A stretch of 64,000 nucleotides of DNA from Myxococcota bacterium (GTDB taxonomy: Bacteria > Myxococcota_A > UBA9160 > UBA4427), in assembly GCA_965250285.1 (NCBI GenBank), contig OZ252299.1:2624001-2688000 (forward strand), in the 5' to 3' direction. Made by a program: the position numbers and the translations under genes. Shown one piece after another: positions 1 to 9,348 of the stretch; the first letter of the stretch is position 1; every line of letters begins with the position of its first letter. The notes under the pieces were generated by a model. That model ran no database searches and had not been told where the DNA came from. It was given only the letters and a program-made list of their open reading frames with translations.

Positions 1-377
1 GGCTGCTCGGCGTCGTCGGGCAGCGTATCGACGGCGTCGATGGACGACCGCACCTCGTCGAGACGCTTGCGCACGTCCTCGCCGGCCATCAGCTCGAGCG
101 TGACCGAGCTGAGCCCCTCGGCCGAAGCCGAACGGATCGTCTTGACGCCCTGCAGCCCGCTCAGCGCCTCTTCGATGCGATTCGTGACCGACGCCTCGAC
201 CTCGCTCGGCGACGCACCGGGATAGATCGTCGAGACCGTGACGTACTCGAGCTCGATGTCGGGGATCAGCTCCTGGGTCAGCGTGGGGATCGTCGCGAGG
301 CCGGCCCCGACGATCACCAGCATCAGCAAGTTGGCCGCGACGTGGTTCTTCGCGAACCAGGCGATGGCCGCCTTCAC
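1..377 (-). CDS. RND efflux transporter permease (AcrB/AcrD/AcrF family), N-terminal part, runs off the window
   Basis: Manual translation from GTG at 377: MKAAIAWFAKNHVAANLLMLVIVGAGLATIPTLTQELIPDIELEYVTVSTIYPGASPSEVEASVTNRIEEALSGLQGVKTIRSASAEGLSSVTLEL, a typical AcrB-family N-terminus. The start overlaps the MFP stop (GTGA). Confidence 0.9.
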   Translation of the reverse strand, partial: MKAAIAWFAKNHVAANLLMLVIVGAGLATIPTLTQELIPDIELEYVTVSTIYPGASPSEVEASVTNRIEEALSGLQGVKTIRSASAEGLSSVTLELMAGEDVRKRLDEVRSSIDAVDTLPDDAEQ

Positions 378-1642
378 GAGGCCCACCTCCCGCTGCGCGA
401 GAAGAGATCCTCCGGCCTCGCAGCGGTATTGGCGGCCGGGCGTTCAATGGGTCGCACGGCCATGCCTTCGGTCGCGACCTCGAGCGGCGACGTCACGATG
501 CGCTCGCCCGCCGCGACCCCGCCGCGAATCAGCGTGCGCTCGCGCTCGACGCGCAGGACGTCGACGTCGCGGACGCGCAGCCGATCATCGGTGTCGATCA
601 CGAGGACCTCGCGGCCACGCCGGAGCGCGCCGGGCGGCACGCTCACGACTTCGGAGACCTCGCGGCCCTCGATCTCGGCGTGCACGAAGAGTCCGATCGG
701 GAGCGGTGCGCGCGGCGCGTCGTTCGCTTCGGACGCGCCGGCGCCTTCCTCGAGCGCATAGGGATCGTCGACTCGGGCGACGAGCGTGATCATGCGCGTG
801 CGCGCATCGAGCGCGCCCTCGGTGCGCACGACGTAGCCCTGCCATTGGTGTTCGCCGCCCGCGTACTCGGCGCGCAGCGTGACGTTGGCGAGGCGTCGCG
901 GGGCCTCTCCCTCGCGGGCGACGCGGGGGCGCACGTCGAGGGCGAGGAACGCCAGATCCATGTCGTCGATCGGCAGCCGCACCTCGGCGAAGTCGACGCT
1001 GTAGATGCGCGCGACGGGCACGCCGCGGGCGACGAACTGGCCGACATCGACGCGCTTCTCGAGCACGCGGCCGGCGAACGGGGCATCGATCTCGGTGCGC
1101 TCGAGGTCGAGCTCTGCCCGCTCGACCGCCACTTTCGCCTCGCGCAGATTCGCTTCGGCAGTTTCGAAGTTGAAGATGGCCTCGTCGAGTCGGGCCTGAC
1201 TCGAGGCGCCGGTCTGGCGGATCGAGCGCTGGCGCTCGAGGGTGCGCTTCGCGTGCGACAGGTTGCTGCGCGCGCGCTGCAGCGCGGCGCGAGCGCCGTC
1301 GAGGGCGATCTCGTGATCGCGGGCGTCCATCCGCAGCAGCGGCTCGCCCTCGCCGAAGAACCCGCCCGAGGCGAGCTGCGGCGAGACCCAGACGATGCGG
1401 CCGGCGACCTCGGTCACGAGATCGCTCTCGGTGCGCGGCTCGACCGTGCCCTGGGCGGTCACGGCGAGGCGCACGGTCTCGGGCTGGGCGGTCTGGACGC
1501 TGACGATCGGCGGCACGCGCTCGGGGCGCTGCGACGCCGTATCGGGTCGCAGTGACACCATCGCCACCACCAACACCCCGGCGGCGAGCAGGACGGCGAT
1601 GGGCGCGATGATCTTCGCGCGATGCGTTCCAGACGGGCTCAT
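374..1642 (-). CDS. RND efflux membrane fusion protein (periplasmic adaptor)
   Basis: N-terminal TM, GTVEPRTESDL, hairpin coiled coil, IDAPFAGRV...VDVGQFV lipoyl motifs; adjacent to the RND permease. Confidence 0.92.
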   Translation of the reverse strand: MSPSGTHRAKIIAPIAVLLAAGVLVVAMVSLRPDTASQRPERVPPIVSVQTAQPETVRLAVTAQGTVEPRTESDLVTEVAGRIVWVSPQLASGGFFGEGEPLLRMDARDHEIALDGARAALQRARSNLSHAKRTLERQRSIRQTGASSQARLDEAIFNFETAEANLREAKVAVERAELDLERTEIDAPFAGRVLEKRVDVGQFVARGVPVARIYSVDFAEVRLPIDDMDLAFLALDVRPRVAREGEAPRRLANVTLRAEYAGGEHQWQGYVVRTEGALDARTRMITLVARVDDPYALEEGAGASEANDAPRAPLPIGLFVHAEIEGREVSEVVSVPPGALRRGREVLVIDTDDRLRVRDVDVLRVERERTLIRGGVAAGERIVTSPLEVATEGMAVRPIERPAANTAARPEDLFSRSGRWAS

Positions 1643-1808
1643 GTAGCCATCCCCGGGCCGACCCCCGCCTGCCGACGCAGGAGGCGGTGCCCAATCGATC
1701 GGTCATCCGGGCGCAAGGGTTTTGGGCCCGCGGTCGGCCTGCCGTTCCGTCCCCCAGACGGCGATCGGCGGGCACGGGCCCCGTGACTCGACGCAAGATT
1801 CGCCCACT

Positions 1809-1839
1809 CACTGGCAATTGTCAATGACTTTTGTCAGTG
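1809..1839. promoter_or_regulatory. Putative TetR operator (tandem palindromes) between the divergent efflux operon and tetR
   Basis: TGGCAATTGTCA (1812-1823) and TGACTTTTGTCA (1825-1836). The outer arms CACTGGCAA/TTGTCAGTG form an inverted repeat with 1 mismatch. AT-rich, about 10 bp before the tetR start. Confidence 0.65.
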
Positions 1840-1848
1840 TATCCGGTC

Positions 1849-2460
1849 ATGGCCGAAACCGCCCTTCAGATGCCGACGCGACGCGAGCGTCAGCGTGCCG
1901 AGACGCGCGAGCGCCTGTTTCAGGCTGCGTGTGCGGAGATCGACCGGGTCGGTCTCGCCGAGGCGCAGATCCCGCGCATCGCGCGGACAGCGGGGGTCGC
2001 CCGGGCGACGTTCTACTTCCACTTCCCGACCAAGGAGGACGTGCTCGAAGAGCTCGTCCGCCGGCTGCAGGACGGCCTGACCGACTCGCTCGCCGAGATC
2101 GATCCCGAAGCCCAGCCCCTGCGCGAGGTGATCGGCTTGCTCGTACAGCGGATCCTGCTGCACCGGGCCTATGTCGGTGAGTCGAGTCTGATGCGCGAGG
2201 TGCTGGCGCTGCACGTGCGCCGCGCGCAGAACGACGAGCCGCAGGCCGAGGGCGGGCTGCCCGAAGCCCTCGCGCCGCACTTCGCCGCCGCCGCGCGTCG
2301 CGGCGAGATCCAGACGCCGATCGAGCCCGAGCGACTCTCGGCGATCTTCCTCGCGAGCATGTTCGGCCTGCTGCTCGGTGGGCATCGCGCCGAGGACGCC
2401 GATCTCGAAGAGGGACTGCGCGTGCTCGCCGACGTGTTCCTGCGCGGGCTCGCGATCTAG
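1849..2460 (+). CDS. TetR/AcrR family transcriptional regulator
   Basis: HTH motif IARTAGVARATFYFHFPTKEDVL; divergent from the RND operon. Confidence 0.93.
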   Translation: MAETALQMPTRRERQRAETRERLFQAACAEIDRVGLAEAQIPRIARTAGVARATFYFHFPTKEDVLEELVRRLQDGLTDSLAEIDPEAQPLREVIGLLVQRILLHRAYVGESSLMREVLALHVRRAQNDEPQAEGGLPEALAPHFAAAARRGEIQTPIEPERLSAIFLASMFGLLLGGHRAEDADLEEGLRVLADVFLRGLAI

Positions 2461-2526
2461 CGCCGAGCTGCTCGCCCCGCCGGCGGGCCGGCGATCTCGC
2501 TTCTGCTCGGACCGATCAAACCGGGT

Positions 2527-4017
2527 TCAGCCGGGCGGCGCCTCCGGCAGCTGCACGAACACGCGCGTGCCCTCGCCCGGTCGACTCTCGATGCGCAGCT
2601 GCCCGCCGTGCTCGGACACGATCCGGTAGCAGATCGGCAGGCCGAGACCGCCCGACACGCCGGCCGGCTCGCCCTCGAAGAAGGGGTCGAACGCCTCGTC
2701 GAGCACCTCCTGATCGATGCCGGGCCCCTGGTCTTCGATGACCAGCTCGATGCCGGTCGGGCTGCGCCCGAGCGCAAGCCGCACACCGTGCGCGCCTTCG
2801 GACGCGTCGAGCGCGTTTCGCAACAGCTGCTCGATCATGAACTCGATCTGCATCGCGTCGCCGCGCACGACGACGGCCTCTTCGTCGATCTGCATCTCGA
2901 GATGTTCGGCTTCGAGAGCATCGAGGCCGATCGAGTCGTGCACCGAGCGCAGCGTCGCGGCCAGGTCGAGGCGGTCTTGCCGGCGGGCACCGAACTCGGA
3001 CGAGCCTCGTTCTCGGCGAACCGGCACGAGCCCCTCTCCACTCTCGGAGACGCGCGCAAAGCCGATCGAGGGCGCCGGGTCGGCATGGGCCTGAGGGGCA
3101 TCGCCCGGGGCCGCCGTGGGCAGCATGCCCGACGGCAGCTGCGCACCGAGCTTCGCGAGCTCGTCGAGCTTCTCGGCCAGACTCGTGTCGACCTGGTCGA
3201 GCAGCGCGAGCTGACCGCGCCGCGCGCCCGCCACCGCTTCGAGCTGGCGAGACAGATCGAGGGAGCGGCCAGCGAACGCACAGAGTGCCGTCCCGAGCGC
3301 GCCACACGCGCCGACGATCAAGAGCGGCCCCGCCGCCGCAGCCGTCACCGTGAAGGTCCAACCGAGTGCGGCCGCACTCGCGAACGAGCCGAGGGCGAGA
3401 CCCGAGACGAGCCCGGTGCGAGACTGCCGTCGCCAGCGCACGTCGAACTCACACGTCTCGCCGCCGGCGTGCGCGCACTGGACGTGCTCGACGTGGGCGG
3501 GCAACAGACCGAAGACCATCGGCAGCGCTTCGAGCATGCCCGCTCGCATCTCGCAGAAGAGCTTCGGGTCGACCTCGGCCGCGCCGTGCGCGTCGCCCTC
3601 GCCCTTCGGCGCGGCTTCGAAGCGGATGCGCGCGCGCTCGCCCTCGAGCACGGGCTCGGCGAAGCGCGCGGCCTCGGATTCGCGCGCCATCCAGTGATGA
3701 CTGCGTCGATACGCCTTCTCGACCGTCGCGACGCCCGAATGACAGAAGAACGGTCCCAGACCCTCGAGCCGCACCAACGCCTGACCGACGCGCCGCGCGA
3801 GCAGCGGGCTGGCGTCGGCGGCCGCGAACGACTCGATCACTGCTCGTTCGGGCAGCCACGGGCCTTCACGCGGGAGGCCGATCGGGCCGATCTCGAGCCG
3901 GCGACAGACGCGCTCGCGTGCCGGGGCGTCGCCCGACTCGAGCAGAACGTCGAGCAGGGTCGCCACGATGCGGCGATTGGAGGGAAGATCCCCCACGAAC
4001 CAGTCGAGTCCACCCAT
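2527..4017 (-). CDS. Sensor histidine kinase-like protein (V4R-like N-terminal domain, 2 TM, HATPase_c); H-box not recognisable
   Basis: N box LLRNALDA, G1 DQGPGI, F box FDPFF, G2 GGLGLPIC. N-terminal Cys pattern FCEMRAG...QCAHAGGETCEFDVRW. Confidence 0.75.
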   Translation of the reverse strand: MGGLDWFVGDLPSNRRIVATLLDVLLESGDAPARERVCRRLEIGPIGLPREGPWLPERAVIESFAAADASPLLARRVGQALVRLEGLGPFFCHSGVATVEKAYRRSHHWMARESEAARFAEPVLEGERARIRFEAAPKGEGDAHGAAEVDPKLFCEMRAGMLEALPMVFGLLPAHVEHVQCAHAGGETCEFDVRWRRQSRTGLVSGLALGSFASAAALGWTFTVTAAAAGPLLIVGACGALGTALCAFAGRSLDLSRQLEAVAGARRGQLALLDQVDTSLAEKLDELAKLGAQLPSGMLPTAAPGDAPQAHADPAPSIGFARVSESGEGLVPVRRERGSSEFGARRQDRLDLAATLRSVHDSIGLDALEAEHLEMQIDEEAVVVRGDAMQIEFMIEQLLRNALDASEGAHGVRLALGRSPTGIELVIEDQGPGIDQEVLDEAFDPFFEGEPAGVSGGLGLPICYRIVSEHGGQLRIESRPGEGTRVFVQLPEAPPG

Positions 4018-4108
4018 GTCGTTTCTATCGGCGAATCAGGCGCGAATCGGAGTCTTCTGCGCACGCGCGGCGCGACCGGCATCCGGATGCCCCGCGCCGG
4101 TGCGGTGC

Positions 4109-4507
4109 TCAGCGGACGGGGTCGAGTCGAATCGCCGTCGTTTCGCCGCTGTCGCGCATGACCGAGATGACCGTATCGGCCCAGCCGTAGTCTTCCGCCA
4201 TGAGTCGATTGATCCGCTCCTGCTGTTTCGGAACGACCACCGCTCGGTAGTCCGCCGATTCGCCATTGCGGGTCATCGTGACGCGCGGCTCGGCCTGGAG
4301 CCGCAGCAGCCAGGCCGAAGCCGGCTGCCCGGCGCGAATCCAGAGCTGGTTGTGATCCTCGACGATCCAGACCTTCGTGTCGTGACGCGAGCCGCCCTTG
4401 CCCGTCGTCGTCAACGTGACGACCTCGCCGCCGAAGTCACTCGCGAGCAGGACGGCCGCAAAGAAGCCGCCCACCGCGATCAAAGCGACCAGAAATAGTT
4501 TGCCCAT
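4109..4507 (-). CDS. Split-barrel nitroreductase/deazaflavin-dependent oxidoreductase-like protein with N-terminal anchor
   Basis: VTLTTTGKGGSRHDTKVWIV...WLLRLQAEPRV resembles DDN/DUF2255-type split-barrel proteins. Confidence 0.6.
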   Translation of the reverse strand: MGKLFLVALIAVGGFFAAVLLASDFGGEVVTLTTTGKGGSRHDTKVWIVEDHNQLWIRAGQPASAWLLRLQAEPRVTMTRNGESADYRAVVVPKQQERINRLMAEDYGWADTVISVMRDSGETTAIRLDPVR

Positions 4508-4582
4508 GTGCCCCCCAATCCCGCCGCAGATGCTAGGTCGTGCGAGGCGACACCGCTGCGGATCGCTTCGATTCGGTGCGCG

Positions 4583-5944
4583 TCAGCGCACCTCGCTCCC
4601 CTCGCGGATCCGGTCCCGCCCACGCCAGACTTCGAGCGTCGCGAGCACGGCGTCGAACCAGGGCCACCACGCTTCGGCATACGCGAGCGGCGCCTCGCTG
4701 ACGATCACCATCACGCGGTCGTCGGGCAACTCGGTGAAGCGAAAGCGCTGGGCGTACTCGCCGCTCGCGTCTTCGACCTCGATCTCGAGCGCGGGCCGCC
4801 CGAACGCGACGATGCGACGCTGCGCGCGAAACCAGCTGCCCCCGAGCAGCTCGTCTCGGTACCGCTCGAGGAACGCTTCGAGCGACGCCGCCGGCCAGAC
4901 GAGCACGCGCAGCGACGCGTCGTAGTCCCAGCTCGGACCATTCGTCGTCAACAGGCCATGCGACTCCTCGATGCGCAGCCAACCCGCCGGGGGGCGCAGC
5001 TCGAAGCCCAGGCGTGCGTCGACGAACGGCGCGAGGGCGAGCACGGGTGCGCCGGGCGGCGGCGCAGGCGGAAGCGGCGCGGGGGGCGGCTCGACGGGCA
5101 CGTCCCCGTACTGCGTGCCGGCGGGCATCGAGTAGAGCGAAAGGAACGAGTGCACGTCTTGCGCCGACAAGCCGGCTCGGGGGGCTGCGCGATCGAGCCG
5201 CGGATACATCAGGTCCCCCGGGCTCGGGCTGTGGCCGCGCATGCCGAGCGCATGCCCGAGCTCGTGGAGCGCCAGCCGCCGCACGAGCTCGGGCGCAAGC
5301 AGGCCGTGCTCGTCGGCGAGATACAGGTCGAGGCTCGGTACATCGAAGCTGGTCACGATGCGATCGCGTTCGGGATCCCAGCCATGGGCGAGACACCCGC
5401 GCGCGAGCGCTTCGGTCGAACCGAGCACGCGCATGCCGGGCGCACGTTCGGGCGCGCGGCGGCCATGCATCGCGATGCGAAGCTGCGCCTCATCACCGCT
5501 CGCGACGCGCTCGAAGCGAACCACGCCCTCCAGCTGCTCCTCCCACTCTGCCATGGCCCCTTCGACGGCCGCGACGAGATCTGCGGGGTCGACCGGCGAG
5601 AACTCGTCCTGCACGTCGGGCGCGATGTCGGGGGGTTCGATGAAGACGCGCAGGGGCAGCTGGGCGTCGGGCCAGCGGCAGAAGACGAGCACGTCGCCCC
5701 GCGCGGCGTCGCCCTCGAAGCGGTGCACCATGAATGGCAGATAGTTCGGCTCGAGCAGCGAAGGCCACGCCTCCTTGAAGGCGAGGTACTCGCGGCGGTC
5801 GGGCTCGTACGCGAGATCCGAGGCTCGGCCTTCGCTCGCGTGCAGCGCCTTGCGTCCGTTCGACGCGCAGCCGGCGTGAAGCAGCAGGCCGGCGGCCAGG
5901 AGCCCGGCGGCCGACGCACCCCGCGCCCGCGCGAAGCCCCTCAA
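4583..5944 (-). CDS. Matrixin-family (metzincin) zinc metalloprotease, probable lipoprotein
   Basis: HELGHALGMRGHS plus Met-turn DLMYP; lipobox-like LLLHAGC. TTG start at 5944 overlaps the smpB stop (start inferred). Confidence 0.8.
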   Translation of the reverse strand: MRGFARARGASAAGLLAAGLLLHAGCASNGRKALHASEGRASDLAYEPDRREYLAFKEAWPSLLEPNYLPFMVHRFEGDAARGDVLVFCRWPDAQLPLRVFIEPPDIAPDVQDEFSPVDPADLVAAVEGAMAEWEEQLEGVVRFERVASGDEAQLRIAMHGRRAPERAPGMRVLGSTEALARGCLAHGWDPERDRIVTSFDVPSLDLYLADEHGLLAPELVRRLALHELGHALGMRGHSPSPGDLMYPRLDRAAPRAGLSAQDVHSFLSLYSMPAGTQYGDVPVEPPPAPLPPAPPPGAPVLALAPFVDARLGFELRPPAGWLRIEESHGLLTTNGPSWDYDASLRVLVWPAASLEAFLERYRDELLGGSWFRAQRRIVAFGRPALEIEVEDASGEYAQRFRFTELPDDRVMVIVSEAPLAYAEAWWPWFDAVLATLEVWRGRDRIREGSEVR

Positions 5945-6438
5945 CGCCGTTCGCGGCCGCCACCGCGCCGCATGGCGCGCCGTGCTTCGAGATCGGCGTC
6001 GCGTCGCTTGATCGTCTCGCGCTTGTCGTGATGATGCTTGCCGCGCACCAGACCGAGCTCGACCTTCACCCGCCCGTCGCGCAGATAGAGCCGCAACGGA
6101 ACGAGCGTGAGCCCGCGCTCGACCACCCGAGAGCGCAGCTTCTGGATCTCGTGCCGATGGAGCAGCAGCTTGCGCTCGCGCATGGGTTCGGGCGCGCTGC
6201 GGTTCGCGTACTCGTAGGGCGTGATGTGCAGCTTCTCGAGCCAGCACTCACCGCCCTTGATGACGGCGAAGGCGTCGCCCATGTTGGCGCGCCCCTCCCG
6301 CAGACTCTTCACCTCGGGCCCGAGCAGCGCGATCCCCGCCTCGACGGCATCGAGCACTTCGTAGTCATGCCGAGCCCGCCGATTGGTCGCGATGACCTTC
6401 TCGTTCGGCTTCTCTTTCGCCTTCTTCTTCGCCGCCAT
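5941..6438 (-). CDS. smpB: SsrA-binding protein SmpB
   Basis: NRRARHDY...EAGIALLGPEVKSLR...RKLLLHRHEI...GKHHHDKRETIK. Confidence 0.97.
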   Translation of the reverse strand: MAAKKKAKEKPNEKVIATNRRARHDYEVLDAVEAGIALLGPEVKSLREGRANMGDAFAVIKGGECWLEKLHITPYEYANRSAPEPMRERKLLLHRHEIQKLRSRVVERGLTLVPLRLYLRDGRVKVELGLVRGKHHHDKRETIKRRDADLEARRAMRRGGGRERR

Positions 6439-6601
6439 AGCGCGCGAACACTAGCAACCCGACGAACCAGCTCCCCATGCAACCCGCCTCGGGGGCGGAC
6501 GAGGGCCGCGAGCTTTCGCCGAGATCAAGGCGCCGCGCGCAGGCGTACTCATGTACGTCGAGCACGCCAACGCAGAGATCGGCGAAAGAACGCGGTGCTC
6601 G

Positions 6602-6952
6602 TCAGTCCCGTGCGCGATTCACCCCGTCGACGAAGACTCGCTTGGCCTTCCAGGTGCGGGCCTCGCTGTCGGGCACGGTCGTCCAGCTCGCGATGATCAC
6701 GCAGTCGCCGGGCTTGATCAGATGCGCGGCGGCGCCGTTCACGCAGATCTCACCCGAACCGGCCTCACCCTCGATCACGTAGGTGGTGAGGCGGTTGCCA
6801 TTGGTGCAGTCCCAGATGTCCACCTGCTCGTAGGGCAGCATGTCGGCCGCGTCGAGGAGGTCGCGGTCGATGGTGACCGAGCCCTCGTACTCGATGTTGG
6901 CTTCGGTCACGGTCGCGCGGTGGATCTTCGACTTCATCATGGTGCGGGTCAT
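6602..6952 (-). CDS. panD: Aspartate 1-decarboxylase
   Basis: [10 protein letters not shown]...YEGSVTID...NGNRLTTY...NGAAAH. Confidence 0.97.
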   Translation of the reverse strand: MTRTMMKSKIHRATVTEANIEYEGSVTIDRDLLDAADMLPYEQVDIWDCTNGNRLTTYVIEGEAGSGEICVNGAAAHLIKPGDCVIIASWTTVPDSEARTWKAKRVFVDGVNRARD

Positions 6953-7017
6953 GGGGGAGGTGTCTCCGTCGTGCCTTGCGTTGGGGCCAGGCGGGTTGAG
7001 AAGCTCGGGTCGGTTCT

Positions 7018-7920
7018 TCAGCTCTGAGACGCGTACTGATCCTTCAGCACACGATTGTCGATGAGGCGCACTTCGTTGCCCTGCCCATCCGCATCGCCGC
7101 GGAAGACCACGGCGAGGGCGAGCAGCACGTCGCCTTCGAGCGCGGGCTTGGCCGCCTCGAGGGTGTCGGGGTGGCGCAGCTCGGCATAGTCGACGGTGCC
7201 CTGCGAAGCCTCGCCGAGGACGGCGTGCACGCGGCCGAGAATGGCGTCATGCGACCGCTCGCCGGCGGCGTAGGCCGCCTGGGCCGCGTCGAGGGCCCGC
7301 ACGATCACGGTGGCCTCGCGCCGGGCCACCGGGCCCAGGTGCACGTTGCGACTCGACATCGCGAGCCCATCGGCCTCACGCAGCGTCGGCGCGCCAATGA
7401 TCTCGATGCCGAAGCCGAGGTCGCGCGTCATGCGCCGAATCACGGCCAGCTGCTGGTAGTCCTTCTGGCCGAACACGGCGACGTGGGGCCGGGCAGCCAG
7501 GAAGAGCTTGGTCACCACCGTCGTGACGCCCTTGAAGTGCCCCGGCCGGCTCGCCCCGCAGAGGGGATCGGCCAGCGCATCGACGTCGACCCACGTCTGC
7601 GCGCCTTCGGGATAGAGCTGATCCACCGTCGGGGCGAAGACGACGTCGACGCCGCGCTCGGCGCAGCGCGCGAGATCGGCATCGAAGGTCTGGGGGTACT
7701 GCTCGAAGTCGGACGGGTCGTTGAACTGCGTCGGGTTGACGAAGATCGAGACCCACACCTCGTCGGCGTGGCGCCTCGCTTCGTCGACCAGGGACATGTG
7801 CGCTTCGTGCAGCGCGCCCATGGTGGGCACGAGCGCGATGCGTCGTCCAGCGCAGCGCGCGGCGTCGGCGCGAGCCTGCAGCGCGTCGCTCTGTCGAATG
7901 ACAGTCGGCATCGTCGTCAT
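7018..7920 (-). CDS. panC: Pantoate--beta-alanine ligase
   Basis: [49 protein letters not shown]. Start at ATG 7920 inferred. Confidence 0.97.
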   Translation of the reverse strand: MTTMPTVIRQSDALQARADAARCAGRRIALVPTMGALHEAHMSLVDEARRHADEVWVSIFVNPTQFNDPSDFEQYPQTFDADLARCAERGVDVVFAPTVDQLYPEGAQTWVDVDALADPLCGASRPGHFKGVTTVVTKLFLAARPHVAVFGQKDYQQLAVIRRMTRDLGFGIEIIGAPTLREADGLAMSSRNVHLGPVARREATVIVRALDAAQAAYAAGERSHDAILGRVHAVLGEASQGTVDYAELRHPDTLEAAKPALEGDVLLALAVVFRGDADGQGNEVRLIDNRVLKDQYASQS

Positions 7921-8000
7921 GGCGGGGTTCCTCGAAGGGCTCCTGGGATCGACCGAGCGCACGGGTGCGCCGGCCGCCTCACTCGGCGCGACCACTGGCC

Positions 8001-8828
8001 TCACTCGTACGAGTGCGCCTCGTCGGGGAACTTGCGGTTCTGCACCTCGTCGGCGAACGAGCGTGCCGCCTGGCTGGCGGCGGCGCCGAGCGCGCCATAC
8101 TGCTTGACGAAGCTCGGGGTCCAGTCGTTGAGGCCGAGCAGGTCGTGCATCACGAGCACCTGGCCGTCGCAGTCGACGCCCGCGCCGATGCCGATCGTCG
8201 GGATCGCGAGCCGCTGGCTCACCTCGCGGCCGAGGGCGGCCGGAATGCCCTCGAGCACACAGGCGAAGGCGCCCGCCTCCTGCACGGCGAGCGCATCGTC
8301 GATGACCTGCATGCGGCCCTCGTCGCCTCGGCCCTGCACCCGGAAGCCACCCATCTTGTGCACGGACTGCGGCGTGAGACCGACGTGCCCCATGACCGGC
8401 ACCTGCGCTTCGACGATGCGCTTGATCGTCGGCGCCATCGTCACCCCACCCTCGAGCTTCACCGCGTGGGCGCCGCCCTCCTTCACGAGGCGGATCGCGC
8501 TGCGCACCGCGTCTTCGGGGCTCACGTGGTAGCTGCCGAAGGGCATGTCCCCGATCACCAGCGACCGCGACACGCCGCGCATCACCATGCGCGTGTGGTA
8601 GATGACCTCGTCGAGCGTCACCGGCAGCGTGGTCTCTTCGCCCTGCACGACGTTGCCGAGCGAGTCCCCCACGAGCAGCAGGTCGATGCCGGCCTGATCG
8701 AAGATGCGGGCGAAGGTGAAGTCGTAGGCGGTCAGCATCGTGATCGGCTGACCCTTGCGCTTGCGGTTCGCGAGCGACCGGACGGTCACTCGGTGTTCAC
8801 GTGCTGAGCTGGCGGTGACGGTGGACAT
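8001..8828 (-). CDS. panB: 3-methyl-2-oxobutanoate hydroxymethyltransferase
   Basis: MLTAYD, LLVGDSLG, DMPFGSY, VKLEGG, GHVGLTPQ, GIGAG...DGQVLV. ATG 8828 preceded by GGAG. Confidence 0.97.
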   Translation of the reverse strand: MSTVTASSAREHRVTVRSLANRKRKGQPITMLTAYDFTFARIFDQAGIDLLLVGDSLGNVVQGEETTLPVTLDEVIYHTRMVMRGVSRSLVIGDMPFGSYHVSPEDAVRSAIRLVKEGGAHAVKLEGGVTMAPTIKRIVEAQVPVMGHVGLTPQSVHKMGGFRVQGRGDEGRMQVIDDALAVQEAGAFACVLEGIPAALGREVSQRLAIPTIGIGAGVDCDGQVLVMHDLLGLNDWTPSFVKQYGALGAAASQAARSFADEVQNRKFPDEAHSYE

Positions 8829-8934
8829 GGGGGTGTCTCCGTTCCTGCGTGCAGCCGATGCGCGTCCTGCTCCCGATCCCTCTTTCGATCGCGACTCGGC
8901 CCGAGGCCGGGGTGTTCGTCGCAGAATCGAGCCG

Positions 8935-8974
8935 AAAAACGAAAAAGCGCCGTCCGGATTCATCCGGAGGCGCT
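8935..8974 (-). terminator. Intrinsic terminator about 105 nt upstream of panB
   Basis: Minus strand AGCGCC-TCCGGA-TGAA-TCCGGA-C-GGCGCT followed by TTTTCGTTTTT. Confidence 0.8.
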
Positions 8975-9342
8975 CGAAGGGGAGAGACCGTCGTGGCGCG
9001 GTGTCGGATCCCCCTTCGCTGACAGCTCGACCGAAGCTTCCTGCCTCGGCGACCTTCCCGACCGGACGGGCCCGGGGGCGCGTTCGGCTGCGGACATTGG
9101 ACGCCCGCGGCGGTTCGGTCCGATTCTGTCGAAGGGGGGCTCCGTGCGGTCGCCGAAGCCGGGTCTCCTCCTTGACCACCCCCGTCACGGTCTCTGCGTG
9201 AGCCCTGCCCCCGACTCGTCGGGTCGCAGCGCTCGAGATCCATGCGTTGTCCGGGTGACTCTGGAGGACTCTCTCGTCTTCCGGGCGGGATGCGCCCGGC
9301 GGGTTGTCGATGGAGCCTGCACCCTGCAGTGCCCCTCAAGTG
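8935..9342 (-). ncRNA. Candidate structured RNA of about 400 nt (panBCD leader/attenuator or independent sRNA); family not recognised
   Basis: Bounded by a sigma-70 promoter (9349-9376) and a terminator. Hairpins at 9281-9299 and 9210-9223; long rod pairing 8981-9036 with 9113-9171; no credible ORF. Confidence 0.55.
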
Positions 9343-9348
9343 AGCGAG

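Noticed and set aside
8829..9188. 120-aa in-frame N-terminal extension of PanB in the ORF track, and other ORFs over 8755-9752
   Set aside because: The translations are Arg/Pro-rich and not protein-like, and they cross a terminator. PanB similarity starts near ATG 8828, which has an RBS.
8935..9342. tmRNA, RNase P RNA or cobalamin riboswitch as the identity of the pan leader (smpB is nearby)
   Set aside because: There are no tRNA-like GGGG.../T-arm/CCA ends, no GAGGAAAGUCC, and no complete B12-box elements visible.
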